Shown here one piece after another: positions 1 to 11,211 of a DNA stretch of 64,000 bases. How positions within the stretch are numbered: position 1 is the stretch's first letter; the number at the start of each line of letters is the position of its first letter. This stretch comes from Macrostomum lignano. Its lineage: Eukaryota. The position numbers were made by a program, and so were the translations under genes. The stretch covers positions 96,928 through 160,927 of the forward strand of contig NIVC01001247.1 of assembly GCA_002269645.1 (NCBI GenBank), given 5' to 3'. The notes below the pieces were generated by a model. The model had not been told where the DNA came from, did not search any database, and saw nothing but the letters and a program-made list of their open reading frames with translations.

Positions 1-175
1 AAGTTCACTCCAAACAAGTCACTCTATCAAAATCACTCCAAACAAGTCACTCTATCAAGATAAATCCAAACAAGTCACTCTATCAAGTTCACTCCAAACA
101 AGTCACTCTATCAAGTTCACTCCAAACAATTGTCACTATATCAACATCACTCCGAACAAGTCACTAAATGAAATC
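1..175. repeat. Minisatellite, ~28-29 bp unit (aagttcactccaaacaagtcactctatc), runs off the window start
   Basis: About 6 visible tandem copies of ctccaaacaagtcactctatc. Confidence 0.9.
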
Positions 176-240
176 ACCGTCAGTCACTCTCGCACATGTA
201 CTAAGCTGTACACTTCTCTCCCAACAACCCAATTCAACAG

Positions 241-508
241 CCAGTTTTGCCGCCGGGCGGACAGAAATGGCAACGCCTGGCTGCAGGCGACCACAACCCG
301 GACACGCTACAACACCAACAACTACATAGACGAGCAGCGCAGACGGAGCAGCGCCCATCAGGCCGCAAATCGTCTGCTGCAGGTGTCGCATTGGCAACAG
401 AGGCGGCTAAGCTCCCAGGAGACAATTCCACTCACCGCTTCGGCCTGCGAGTCGCGTCGGGTTAGCGACGCGCCCATGGAAATGATGGAGATGAGCGGCC
501 AGGTCTAG
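241..508 (+). CDS. Putative terminal exon of an unidentified upstream gene
   Basis: Acceptor ttcaacag| at 240. Open frame 242-508 reads QFCRRADRNGNAWLQATTTRTRYNTNNYIDEQRRRSSAHQAANRLLQ...PMEMMEMSGQV* (88 aa) in a GC-rich island. No recognisable family. Confidence 0.4.
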
Positions 509-940
509 GCTATAGCTATAGCTAATAACTGCTGCATTATGAAGAACTTATTAATAGTACACGCCAGCTCCAGGATGGTGCCGCAACCAAGGGGCGCCAA
601 ATGCCCCTACCTCCTTTGTGTTTGCATCGAGCGCTCTGTCGCAGGGAAATTCCATGGAAATACCGTGGGTACAAAAGAGAAAGTACGTATAGGCCAGTGT
701 CTGGGGACGGCAGTCTTTTTACTTAACCCAGATAAAGAACCTTGTGCATGGCTGAGGGCCACAGGAGGGGAGAGAGGAGAGAGCATAGAGAAGAGATGAG
801 TGATAGGAGATACGAGAGGCGAGGAGAAAAAGAGAGGAAACAGAAGAGAGCTGAGAAGAGACATAAAGCTTGAGAAATTTTAAGGACCCGAGGGCCGGAT
901 AGAGAGGCTTCGCGGGCCGGAGTTTTCCGATCCTTGGTCT

Positions 941-1125
941 ATGTGTTTGCATGGACAACTCTTGCCGCAGGGAAAATCCACGGAACTTCCGTCGGCCCCA
1001 AAGCGAGAGTACATATTCGTATGCTGTGTTTGCATGGACAACTCTTGCCGCAGGGAAAATCCACGGAAATACCGTTAGCCCCCAAAGCGAGAGTACATAT
1101 TCGTATGCTAATGTGTTTGCATGGA
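941..1125. repeat. Tandem duplication of an ~85-bp unit (2 full copies and 1 partial; diverged relative near 616-660)
   Basis: tgtgtttgcatggacaactcttgccgcagggaaaatccacggaa...cccaaagcgagagtacatattcgtatgc is repeated. Confidence 0.85.
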
Positions 1126-1829
1126 GAACTGACTAAAAAAATTGGCGAACTTTTCTCGCTAGAAAAAATCCTAAAATAAGTTACACTTGTAATTAGGAAG
1201 TCCAGAACGTGTGACTTTTAAATGTAATGCTAAAAAACCAAACACTAATTCTCGCCAATGGAAGTAACACTCCAAATAAATATTTAAAAGAAACAAATTC
1301 AGCAAAAAATAACTATATGAAAACTATGCAACAGCTACCGAATTTGTATTGTCAGCTACGAGTGTATGCACCTACCAATGCAAAATTTATGTTTACAGGT
1401 GCAATTTATTTATTTTAAATATATACTTATATATGTACGTGCAATCGAGCATATTTTGTAAGCAATTATCTTACTTGTAAACATATATATATTATACTAT
1501 TAATATAAGTAGACTCCCCTCCGATATTAAATGTAAAAATAATTTAACAGATATTGTGATTAATAAACTTAAAAAAATTGCATCATGTTTCAACACTATG
1601 ACTTTTAAAATTAAAATGCAAAGAATACTAAATATGTGTGCAATGCTGACTGATTATAGCTATATAATAAGTCTAAACAAATATACAAAAAGTCATCAAT
1701 GCTTGATTCTATTCATTAACTGTGACTTCGTGTTATTAAATTATTTTATTCTAATAAAACAACACCTACCGTTTGACAGAATGCTTCTTTAAATTGCATA
1801 CTAAAATAGAACTCTTAATCCACGTCTCT

Positions 1830-2420
1830 ATATCCGATAATCTCACCCCGAATCTACTATCATCTCTGATAATCTCATCCCTAATGTACAATGAATGATA
1901 TCCGATAACTTCACCCCGAATCTACTATGATCTCTGATACTCTCATCCCTAATGTACAATGATATCCGCTAATCTCACCCCGAATCTACTATCATCTCTG
2001 ATAATCTCGTCCCTAATGTACAATGAATGATATCCGATAATTTCACCCCGAATCTACTATGATCTCTGATACTCTCATCCCTAATGTACAATGATATCCG
2101 CTAATCTCACCCCGAATCTACTATCATCTCTGATAATCTCATCCCTAATGTACAATGATATCCGATAATCTCACCGATAACCTACAATGATGTCCGAAAA
2201 TCTCACTTCTAATCTACAATGACCTTCGATAATCTCACCGATAACCTACAATGACTTACGATAATCTCACCGATAACTTACAATGACTTAGGTCTCATCG
2301 ATAATCTACAATTATCTCTGATAATCTCAACCCTAATCTACAATTAGATTTGATAATCTAACCTCTAATCTGCGATAATCTCCGATAATCTCACCCATAA
2401 TAGTCGGATAATCTCATTTC
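1830..2420. repeat. Minisatellite, ~65-68 bp unit built from ~22-bp subunits, degenerating to the right
   Basis: gatatccgataatctcaccccgaatctactat...ccctaatgtacaat recurs. Confidence 0.9.
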
Positions 2421-2894
2421 CACTTCTAATCTAGAATGAGTGAATATAGATGTCAATAAAAATCAGATTCTTTAAAAAAAGTATGCAACATACGGGTATA
2501 TATTACAGCAAAATGATGATGTAAAACATGATCGTTCATGTGAGCACTGGGTAAAATAGAATTCTTTATGACAAATCACGGGGTTGAAAAAAGTTTTCCT
2601 AAGAAACACAGTACACGTAGTTGCACAATTAAAATTTACCAATACAACAAATCCTTTAATGCAATTTATAAACATATAATTTACAAAACGGAGAGTAAAG
2701 GGAAGAGATCGGCAGAGAGATATTCACAAGCTAGCCTTCACAAAGCAACAATCAAAGCGAAAGCTGCAGTGAAAAAAAACTAATAAAATAATGAAAATAG
2801 CAACAGAATAAAGCCTATTATCACTAATTGGATCAATGGGCTCAATATTCATTCGTGAATCTTATTCACTAGAAATTACCTAAAAATTGACTCT

Positions 2895-3615
2895 CCATAG
2901 GCACCCCAAAGACACCCCATAGAAACCCCATAGACACCCCAAATCGGCCCCCATAGGCACCCCAAATGGGCATACCATAGACACCCTAAATGGACACCCC
3001 ATAGACACCCCAAATCGGCCCCCATAGGCACCCCAAATGGGCATACCATAGACACCCTAAATGGACACCCCATAGACACCCCAAATCGGCCCCCATAGGC
3101 ACCCCAAATGGGCATACCATAGACACCCTAAATGGACACCCCATAGACACCCCATAGACACCCAAATAGGCAACCCATAGACAACCTAAATAGGCAACCC
3201 ATAGACAACCCAAATAGGCAACGCATAGACACCCCAAATAGGCAACCCATAGACAACCCAAATAGGCAACGCATAGACAACCCAAATAGGCACCCCATAG
3301 ACAACCCAAATAGGCACCCCATAGACAACCCAAATAGGCAACCCATAGATAACCCAAATAGACACCCCATAGACAACCCAAATAGGCAACCAATAGACAA
3401 CCCAAAAAGGCAATCCATAGACAACCCAAATAGGCAATCCATAGACAACCCAAATAGGCAATCCATAGACAACCCAAATAGGCAATCCATAGACACCCCA
3501 AATAGGCAACCCATAGACAACCCAAATAGGCACCCCATCGACACCCCAATTGCGGCACCCCATCGACACCCTAATTGCGGCACCCCATCGACACCCCAAT
3601 TGCGGCACCCCATAG
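2895..3615. repeat. Minisatellite, ~24-bp unit (ccatagacaacccaaataggcaac)
   Basis: Direct tandem copies; it produces the spurious GCLW/YLGCL ORFs. Confidence 0.95.
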
Positions 3616-3711
3616 ACTAAGCTGACAACATTTCAAAAAGAACTCGGATATCTGTTTCAAAGAAGCAAAGATGCCAGACTGAAACTGCCAAAACACTCGT
3701 ACTCTCGTAGT

Positions 3712-4914
3712 TCACATCGCCGATGAGGAACAGCGAGAATCCCGTTCTAAAGAACAATTGTCAGGTGTACAGTCAACTGAACAAGCTGAATCAGAGTCAA
3801 CTTGGCGGCGTGTCCGCTGCTCAGTGTCATCTGCGGCGGCGCTGACCGAGGCCAACTCCATCGGCGGGTCAATATCCCAATAAGAAGGTGGCGGATCGGA
3901 GTGCTCCGGTTTAAACGGACCGTAAGAAGCGGCAACTGTTGGTGCTAGAAGCAGATCGCCAGCAGCATTAGCGGCTGTGGCAGATTGTTGCAGAATCTGC
4001 TGCTCCAACAGAGCTCGCTGAAGCTCGTAGCGTCTGCGTCGGTTCAAATAGAGCAGATAGAGCAGGGCGCAGAATGAAGCGGCTAGCAAGAATGCGATCA
4101 GAGCTACGGATAGGGTGAGAATGCCGCTTGGATCCGTGCCAATTCCGCCTCCGCCGTCCATGCCGTTATCCTTGCCGCCGCCTCTGCCGCCGCCATCCCA
4201 AACGCTTCCCCTAGGGAAGCAGGCAAAACTGCAGCAATCCTGCTTGGTTACCACCGGTTCCTGGCCTGGAGAGTTTTAAAAAAGACTCAAGAGTGTAAAA
4301 GGGACATTTTACTTGAGAGTAAGTAAGATTGAGTGTTTGCCCTTAAAAGGGCCGTTTAAAAAATATTAGCCAAGTTTCTGCTCTTTAAAAAGGCCGTATT
4401 AATAAGTTGAGCTAAATATCTGCCCTTAATGTCAGCCCCATAAGGGCTGTTTTATTAATATCTGTTCTAAAAGGGCCCTTTTATTAATGACAGCCCTAAG
4501 AATGTCGTTTTACTAATCTCTGTCCTAAAAGGGCCGTTTTATCAATGTCGGTCCTAAAATGGCCGTTTTTATTAATTTCTGTCCTCTAAGGGCCGTTTTA
4601 TTAATGTCGTCCCTTAAAAGGGCCGTTATAATATCAGCTAAATGTCCGTCCTTAAAAGGGCCGTTTTAATAATATCAGCTGAACACTGCCACGCACTAAC
4701 CTTCGGGACAAGGGACTGCAGGAACGCTGCACGTCACCGAATGGCACGTGGCCGCTTCTCCATTTGAACAGCGACAAGTGGTGCACTTATCGAAGCCAGG
4801 CGGGTAGAACAGTTGACCATGCGGGACCAATTCGCCTTGACCGCTAATACAGCTTTTATAATTGCGCTCGGTTGTTGTACCATTGTAAATTGAAGAGGAG
4901 TCACTTTCCGACAT
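3712..4914 (-). CDS. DGCR2: DGCR2/IDD-like single-pass membrane protein (VWC domain, TM helix, PPxY tail); 5' exon(s) not found
   Basis: Exons complement(4701..~4914) and (3712..4265). Donor GAAG|gttagt and acceptor ctccag|GC join in phase 1. CISGQGELVPHGQLFYPPGFDKCTTCRCSNGEAATCHSVTC...QDCCSFAC matches the VWC pattern I recall for DGCR2 ([36 protein letters not shown]...ECCKFMC). It is followed by TM ILTLSVALIAFLLAASFCALLYLLYL, basic RRRR and PPPSY. Confidence 0.7.
4340..4680. repeat. Degenerate intronic tandem repeat (aagggccgttttattaatgtc core)
   Basis: Many spaced copies of aagggccgtttt inside the DGCR2-like intron. Confidence 0.75.
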
Positions 4915-5119
4915 AACTTTTATCGTCGCGAAAATATTTTTTTATTCCAACTCACATGCATTAGAAAAAATTACAAAATTGTTTGATTTTTACATGTACA
5001 ATGTTTGTGTTCTTTGGGTAATTTATTGTATGCTGGTAGGGCTTCAAGACTGTACTTTAAGGGGTGCTTGTGAGGGTTTTCATTAGCATTTGTACTAAGA
5101 GTTGCTAATGAGGTTTATC

Positions 5120-5350
5120 AGTAGCTTGTGTACTTTAGTTAGGATTTATCAGTAACCTGTGTACTTTAAGTGGAGTTTATCAGTAGCCTGTGTAATTTAG
5201 TTGGGGTTTATCAGTAGCCTGTGTAATTTAGTTGGGGTTTATCAGTAGCCTGTGTAATTTAGTTGGGGTTTATCAGTAGCCTGTGTAATTTAGTTGGGGT
5301 TTATCAGTAGCCTGTGTACTTTAAGTGGAGTTTATCAGTAACCTGTGTAC
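5120..5350. repeat. Minisatellite, 31-bp unit (tttatcagtagcctgtgtaatttagttgggg)
   Basis: Period 31 (for example 5221 and 5252). Confidence 0.9.
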
Positions 5351-5984
5351 CCTAAGTGATGTTGATGAGTTTTTTGTTGAATTATTAACAAACAAAACTT
5401 GATGTGAATAAAGAAAGTACAATACTCGATCTATTTTAATAGTGCAAAATTTTATTCATAAAAGCATAATCATTATGATAACAAAGGTTAGTAGGATAAT
5501 AATAACAACAAGAATAATATCTCTAATTTATATAAATAAGTGCATTATATTATCAAGAGATTATTATTCCTCGATATAGTAAAACAAAAAATGTATGTCA
5601 AGACGAAATATCAATAGTTAATGCAGATTGCAGATAATGTACCTACCTAGAAAATATCATGAGAAAAACAAATCTTTTTATCAGCTGCTCAGCAAAAATA
5701 AACTGAAAAAACCCAATAACACCGATTTAGAGACATTAATTAAATGTGCAAAAAGTCTCTGCCAAAGCAGTTGAGATTCGGGATTAGGAACCAAAAAAGG
5801 CTATTAGCTGGATGAAGAATAATCTCTAGGATTATCGCTTGCCTGCAACAAAACTGATGGAAAAGCTTAAAGCGGATTAAATTAAATTAACAAAATTGTT
5901 TTTCAATCGTTTTGATGAGCAATAAGGAAGCAAGAGGCTTGTTTCTGCTTTACAGAAGCAATTTCTATTTGGATGTTAAAGCAG

Positions 5985-7412
5985 TCACTGATAAATCTGC
6001 ATTCACGCCACTGCTGCGGCAGTCACTGATAATCTGCATTCACGTCACTGCTGCAGCAGTCACTGATAATCTGCATTCACGTCACTGATAATCTGCATTC
6101 ACGCCACTGCTGCAGCAGTCACTGATAATCTGCATTCACGCCACTGATGCGGCAGTCACTGATAAATCTGCATTCACGCCACTGCTGCGGCAGTCACTGA
6201 TAATCTGCATTCACGCCACTGCTGCGGCAGTCACTGATAATCTGCATTCACGCCACTGATGCGGCAGTCACTGATAATCTGCATTCACGCCACTGCTGCG
6301 GCAGTCACTGATAATCTGCATTCACGTCACTGCTGCAGCAGTCACTGATAATCTGCATTCACGTCACTGATAATCTGCATTCACGCCACTGCTGCAGCAG
6401 TCACTGATAATCTGCATTCACGCCACTGATGCGGCAGTCACTGATAAATCTGCATTCACGCCACTGCTGCGGCAGTCACTGATAATCTGCATTCACGCCA
6501 CTGCTGCGGCAGTCACTGATAATCTGCATTCACGCCACTGATGCGGCAGTCACTGATAATCTGCATTCACGTCACTGCTGCAGCAGTCACTGATAATCTG
6601 CATTCACGCCACTGCTGCAGCAGTCACTGATAATCTGCATTCACGCCACTGCTGCGGCAGTCACTGATAATCTGCATTCACGCCACTGCTGCAGCAGTCA
6701 CTGATAATCTGCATTCACGTCACTGATGCAGCAGTCACTGATAATCTGCATTCACGTCACTGATGCAGCAGTCACTGATAATCTGCATTCACGCCACTGA
6801 TGCGGCAGTCACTGATAAATCTGCATTCACGCCACTGCTGCGGCAGTCACTGATAATCTGCATTCACGCCACTGATGCGGCAGTCACTGATAATCTGCAT
6901 TCACGTCACTGCTGCAGCAGTCACTGATAATCTGCATTCACGCCACTGCTGCAGCAGTCACTGATAATCTGCATTCACGCCACTGCTGCGGCAGTCACTG
7001 ATAATCTGCATTCACGTCACTGATGCAGCAGTCACTGATAATCTGCATTCACGCCACTGCTGCAGCAGTCACTGATAATCTGCATTCACGTCACTGCTGC
7101 GGCAGTCACTGATAATCTGCATTCACGTCACTGATGCAGCAGTCACTGATAATCTGCATTCACGCCACTGCTGCGGCAGTCACTGACAATATGCATTCAC
7201 GCCACTGATGCAGCAGTCACTGATAATCTGCATTCACGCCACTGCTGCGGCAGTCACTGATAATCTGCATTCACGTCACTGATGCAGCAGTCACTGATAA
7301 TCTGCATTCACGCCACTGCTGCAGCAGTCACTGATAATCTGCATTCACGTCACTGATGCAGCAGTCACTGATAATCTGCATTTACGCAACTGATGCAGCA
7401 GTCACTGATAAT
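5985..7412. repeat. Minisatellite, 37-bp unit (gcagtcactgataatctgcattcacgccactgctgcg), ~38 copies, overlapping the AKTIP stop codon
   Basis: Period 37 (6181 and 6218). The terminal unit contains the CDS end GAT TAT CAG TGA on the minus strand. Confidence 0.97.
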
Positions 7413-8803
7413 CCCCGCTCAGAATCCGCATAGATCCCGGATCCATCCAGCTGGGCACTCGGGGCAGAGGCCGCCTGCCCAGGTGCCACAGACCCACAGA
7501 CCAGGCATCTGCGAGCTCCCTGCTACCAGCCTCCTCGAACATCGCCGAGCGCAACTCCTGAAACTCGTCGCCTTCGTCTGTCAGGGCATTCTCGGCCGCG
7601 GCGAGCTGCCAAAGCCTGGCTGAGGGGTCCAGCTCGCCGATGCCGCCAGCACAGTCGATGTCCACCGCACCGGAGCCGTCAGTTGCTGGCTGTAATGAAG
7701 CCGCGGCGTCTGATTCCAGACGATGACGGAACGCTTCACGGTCTGACAAGTACAGTCTGAGTTGGGGTGAGGTTGCAGGCAGTGGAGAATGAGTATTTTT
7801 ATGGTGTACATTAGTCGTGGGGTTGGGCGGAAGCCCAGCAACTGATGATCTGGGAGGCTGGCTTAGCAGCTGAGGATCTGGGAGGCTGGCTTAGCAGCTG
7901 AGGATCTGGGAGGCTGGCTTAGCAACTGAGGAACTGGGAGGCTCGTGCAAGGAGACCTCATTTTAATACACAACGTGTGGTGATCGCATTACTGAACAGT
8001 TTTAATCGTGCAAGCCCAGCTCACAGTTACAATCAAACCCTCTCGCTCTAAAACTGGCCCAGCAACTAAGGATCTGGGAGGCTGGCCCAGCAACTCAGGA
8101 TCTTGGTGGCTGGGGAATGAGCCCAATAATAAAAAAATCGGTGATAGGCAACCAACCTCGCAGCCTCTGGATTAGCAAACTGGCCCTTAGCAACTGCCTC
8201 ATCAATGTCGGCAGGCTCAGTGGAGCTGCACGACACCTCAACCCGAGCCAGCAGCCGCCGAAGGTGATGCAGAATCTGCCACAGCCGGTGCACCCCGGGT
8301 CGCCAATTCTCAGCGAAGCCCTTCAATTCCACCAGCCCAGTGTCGGGCGCTACGCGCGGATGAAACGGCGCGGCTGGCGGCGCCAGAGTCAGCTGAGGAC
8401 ACGCGCTGCCGGGTAAGGGGTAGTCGGCTGGCACGCGGAGACAAAATCGCACCAAATGACCCCTGTAGGGGCCGTGGCGCATGAAGAGGCAGCCGTACCA
8501 GAGGCGGGGGTCAACAGCCGAGGGCAGAGGGTACAGGCCTGGCACAGGGTGGTACAGAGCAGCCGCGTACTCCTGCCGCATTGAGTAGGCAAGGAGAATG
8601 GGGTCAGGCAGCTGCTGCTGCTGCTGTTGCTCAGGCTGAAGGTTCGTTGGAGCAGCTGCTGCTGCTGTTGCCGACGTTGACATTGCAGCTTCTGTATTGT
8701 GGTTCACATGAAGTGAGTGTGACGAATGCTGGTGTTCACTTGGCTCTCTGCTGGTGTCTGCTGATTTCTGCTCTTTGTTTTGTTTCTGCTCTTCGATAGA
8801 CAC
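7402..8803 (-). CDS. AKTIP: AKT-interacting protein (AKTIP/FTS/crossbronx), catalytically inactive E2 variant
   Basis: Exons complement(8157..~8803) and (7402..7756). Donor GCGAG|gttggt plus acceptor aactcag|A gives NPEAARLYLSDREAF (AKTIP: NPEAAVLYEKDIQLF). Motifs GLYPLPS..LWYGCLFMRHGPY..F...PADYP..CP..FHPRV..G.VELK (no catalytic Cys) and C-terminal SWMDPGS. The start is uncertain: ATG at 8683, or an upstream exon via the acceptor at 8803. Confidence 0.92.
7845..7945. repeat. 28-bp tandem repeat in the AKTIP intron (gctgaggatctgggaggctggcttagca); related copies at ~8060-8110
   Basis: 3-4 direct copies visible. Confidence 0.85.
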
Positions 8804-8807
8804 TAAG

Positions 8808-8809
8808 AC

Positions 8810-8840
<31 letters not shown>

Positions 8841-8872
8841 GTCAGACAGACAGACAGACACTACGACAGACA

Positions 8873-8919
<47 letters not shown>

Positions 8920-8930
8920 CTAAGACACTA

Positions 8931-8991
<61 letters not shown>

Positions 8992-9004
8992 CAGACAGAC
9001 ACAC

Positions 9005-9047
<43 letters not shown>

Positions 9048-9064
9048 CAGACAGACACACACAC

Positions 9065-9103
<39 letters not shown>

Positions 9104-9144
9104 CAGACAGACACACAGACAGACAGACACACAGACAGACAGAC

Positions 9145-9179
<35 letters not shown>

Positions 9180-9190
9180 CTAAGACACTA

Positions 9191-9223
<33 letters not shown>

Positions 9224-9338
9224 CAGACAGACAGACAGACAGACACAGACAGACAGACAGACAGAGACAGACAGACAGACACAGACAGACAGACACAGAC
9301 AGACAGACAGACAGACACAGACAGACAGACAGACAGAC

Positions 9339-9377
<39 letters not shown>

Positions 9378-9420
9378 CAGACAGACAGACAGACAGACAC
9401 AGACAGACAGACAGACAGAC

Positions 9421-9459
<39 letters not shown>

Positions 9460-9520
9460 CAGACAGACAGACAGACACAGACAGACAGACAGACAGACAC
9501 AGACAGACAGACAGACAGAC

Positions 9521-9555
<35 letters not shown>

Positions 9556-9598
9556 CAGACAGACAGACAGACAGACACAGACAGACAGACAGACAGAC

Positions 9599-9629
<31 letters not shown>

Positions 9630-9630
9630 C
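8808..9630. repeat. (GACA)n microsatellite with CA variants, ~820 bp
   Basis: Direct reading; source of the TDRQ/SVCL ORFs. Confidence 0.98.
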
Positions 9631-10344
9631 AAATTCACAAGCTCTATTCGATAAACCTACGCAAAGTGAATCAAGCTAAATAAATAAACGCAGTTACGCA
9701 TTTTCGGAATTGACAATGATTTTATATCATTGTCAATAACACAAGAGCAATAACATACTCATAAATAAAGGAATTCTTTCAAAGATCGACAGTCGCTTAT
9801 GCACAGAATTTACAGGTGAACGAACTGACTGCAGCTGGTAAACATATTCAAAAACATAAATAGTGATGGTCTAAACAAGCATGCCTTTAGAAGTTCAGTG
9901 CCGTATACCACATTAAAGAAGCTTAGAGATAAAATGCCATAACAGGTGAATAAAACTGCCGACTTAGAGACTTTTCAATTGTTGGGGCAAATTGTCTCTT
10001 TACAGTTTTAAGAACTGCATAAGCAAATATAGATGACACAGTACCACTAGGGCATATGATTATAAATTAAAAAGTTGAGAAATGAAATTTATTTTTAAAA
10101 ATTAACGACGGATCAATGTGGATGGCTTTTCTTGCACTTATAAAAACCAGCAGAAACAGAGGCGTGTCACAAAATGGCATGCATGGACGAAAATTCTAAG
10201 CAGTAATTAACGAATTATGACTATATAAGCAAAGCAAAATTATAGCAAATTTTCAATAGCTATAATATTTAGGAAACAATAATACTGAAAGCATCTTTGG
10301 GTCAAGTTATTGATCAATTAATTCTTTCTCTATTAGATTCTCTA

Positions 10345-11203
10345 TGTAAAACACCCACCCCACTCCCTGGGCACCCCAAACCGACACCCAAACCATTCCA
10401 CTCTCAGGGCGTCACTGCTGCTCCCTCACCCCAAACTGATACCCACCCTACTCCCCGGGAGTCACTGCTGCCCCATCACTCTAAACTGATACCCACCCCA
10501 CTCCCCGGGCGTCACTGCTGCCCCCTCACCCCAAACTGATACTCACCCCACTCCTCGGGCGTCACTGCTGCCCCCTCACTCTAAACTGACACCCACCCCA
10601 CTCCCCGGGCGTCACTGCTGCCCCCTCACCCCAAACCGATACCCACCCCACTCCCCGGGCGTCACTGCTGCCCCCTCACTCCAAACTGATACCCACCCCA
10701 CTCCCCGGGCGTCACTGCTGCTCCCTCACCCCAAACTGACACCCACCCACTCCCCGGGCGTCACTGCTGCTCCCTCACCCCAAACTGACACCCACCCCAC
10801 TCCCCGGGCGTCACTGCTGCTCCCTCACCTCAAACTGACACCCACCCCACTCCCCGGGCGTCACTGCTGCTCCCTCACCCCAAACTGACACCCACCCCAC
10901 TCCCCGGGCGTCACTACTGCCCCCTCACCTCAAACCGACAGCCATTCCACTCTCCGAGCGTTACTGCTGCCACCGCACCCCAAACCGACACCCACCCCAC
11001 TCCCCGGGCGTCACTGCTGCTCCCTCACCCCAAACTGACACCCACCCCACTCCCCGGGCGTCACTACTGCCCCCTCACCTCAAACCGACAGCCATTCCAC
11101 TCTCCGAGCGTTACTGCTGCCACCGCACCCCAAACCGACACCCACCCCACTCCCCGGGCGTCACTGCTGCCCCCTCAACCCAAACCGACACCCACCCCAC
11201 TCT
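10345..11203. repeat. C-rich minisatellite, 50-bp unit (acccaccccactccccgggcgtcactgctgccccctcaccccaaactgac), ~17 copies
   Basis: Period 50 (10561 and 10611); ends ~9 nt from the GT92 stop codon. Confidence 0.95.
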
Positions 11204-11211
11204 GTCAGAAA

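Noticed and set aside
2876-3613. GCLW/YLGCL repeat ORFs
   Set aside because: 24-bp minisatellite downstream of the DGCR2-like stop; no splice connection.
5985-7412. 37-bp repeat array as a possible CRISPR
   Set aside because: Units are head-to-tail with no unique spacers, there are no cas genes, and the context is eukaryotic. The same applies to all other arrays here.
8754-9638. TDRQ/SVCL ORFs (also 29779-30324)
   Set aside because: Translations of (GACA)n/(TGTC)n microsatellites.
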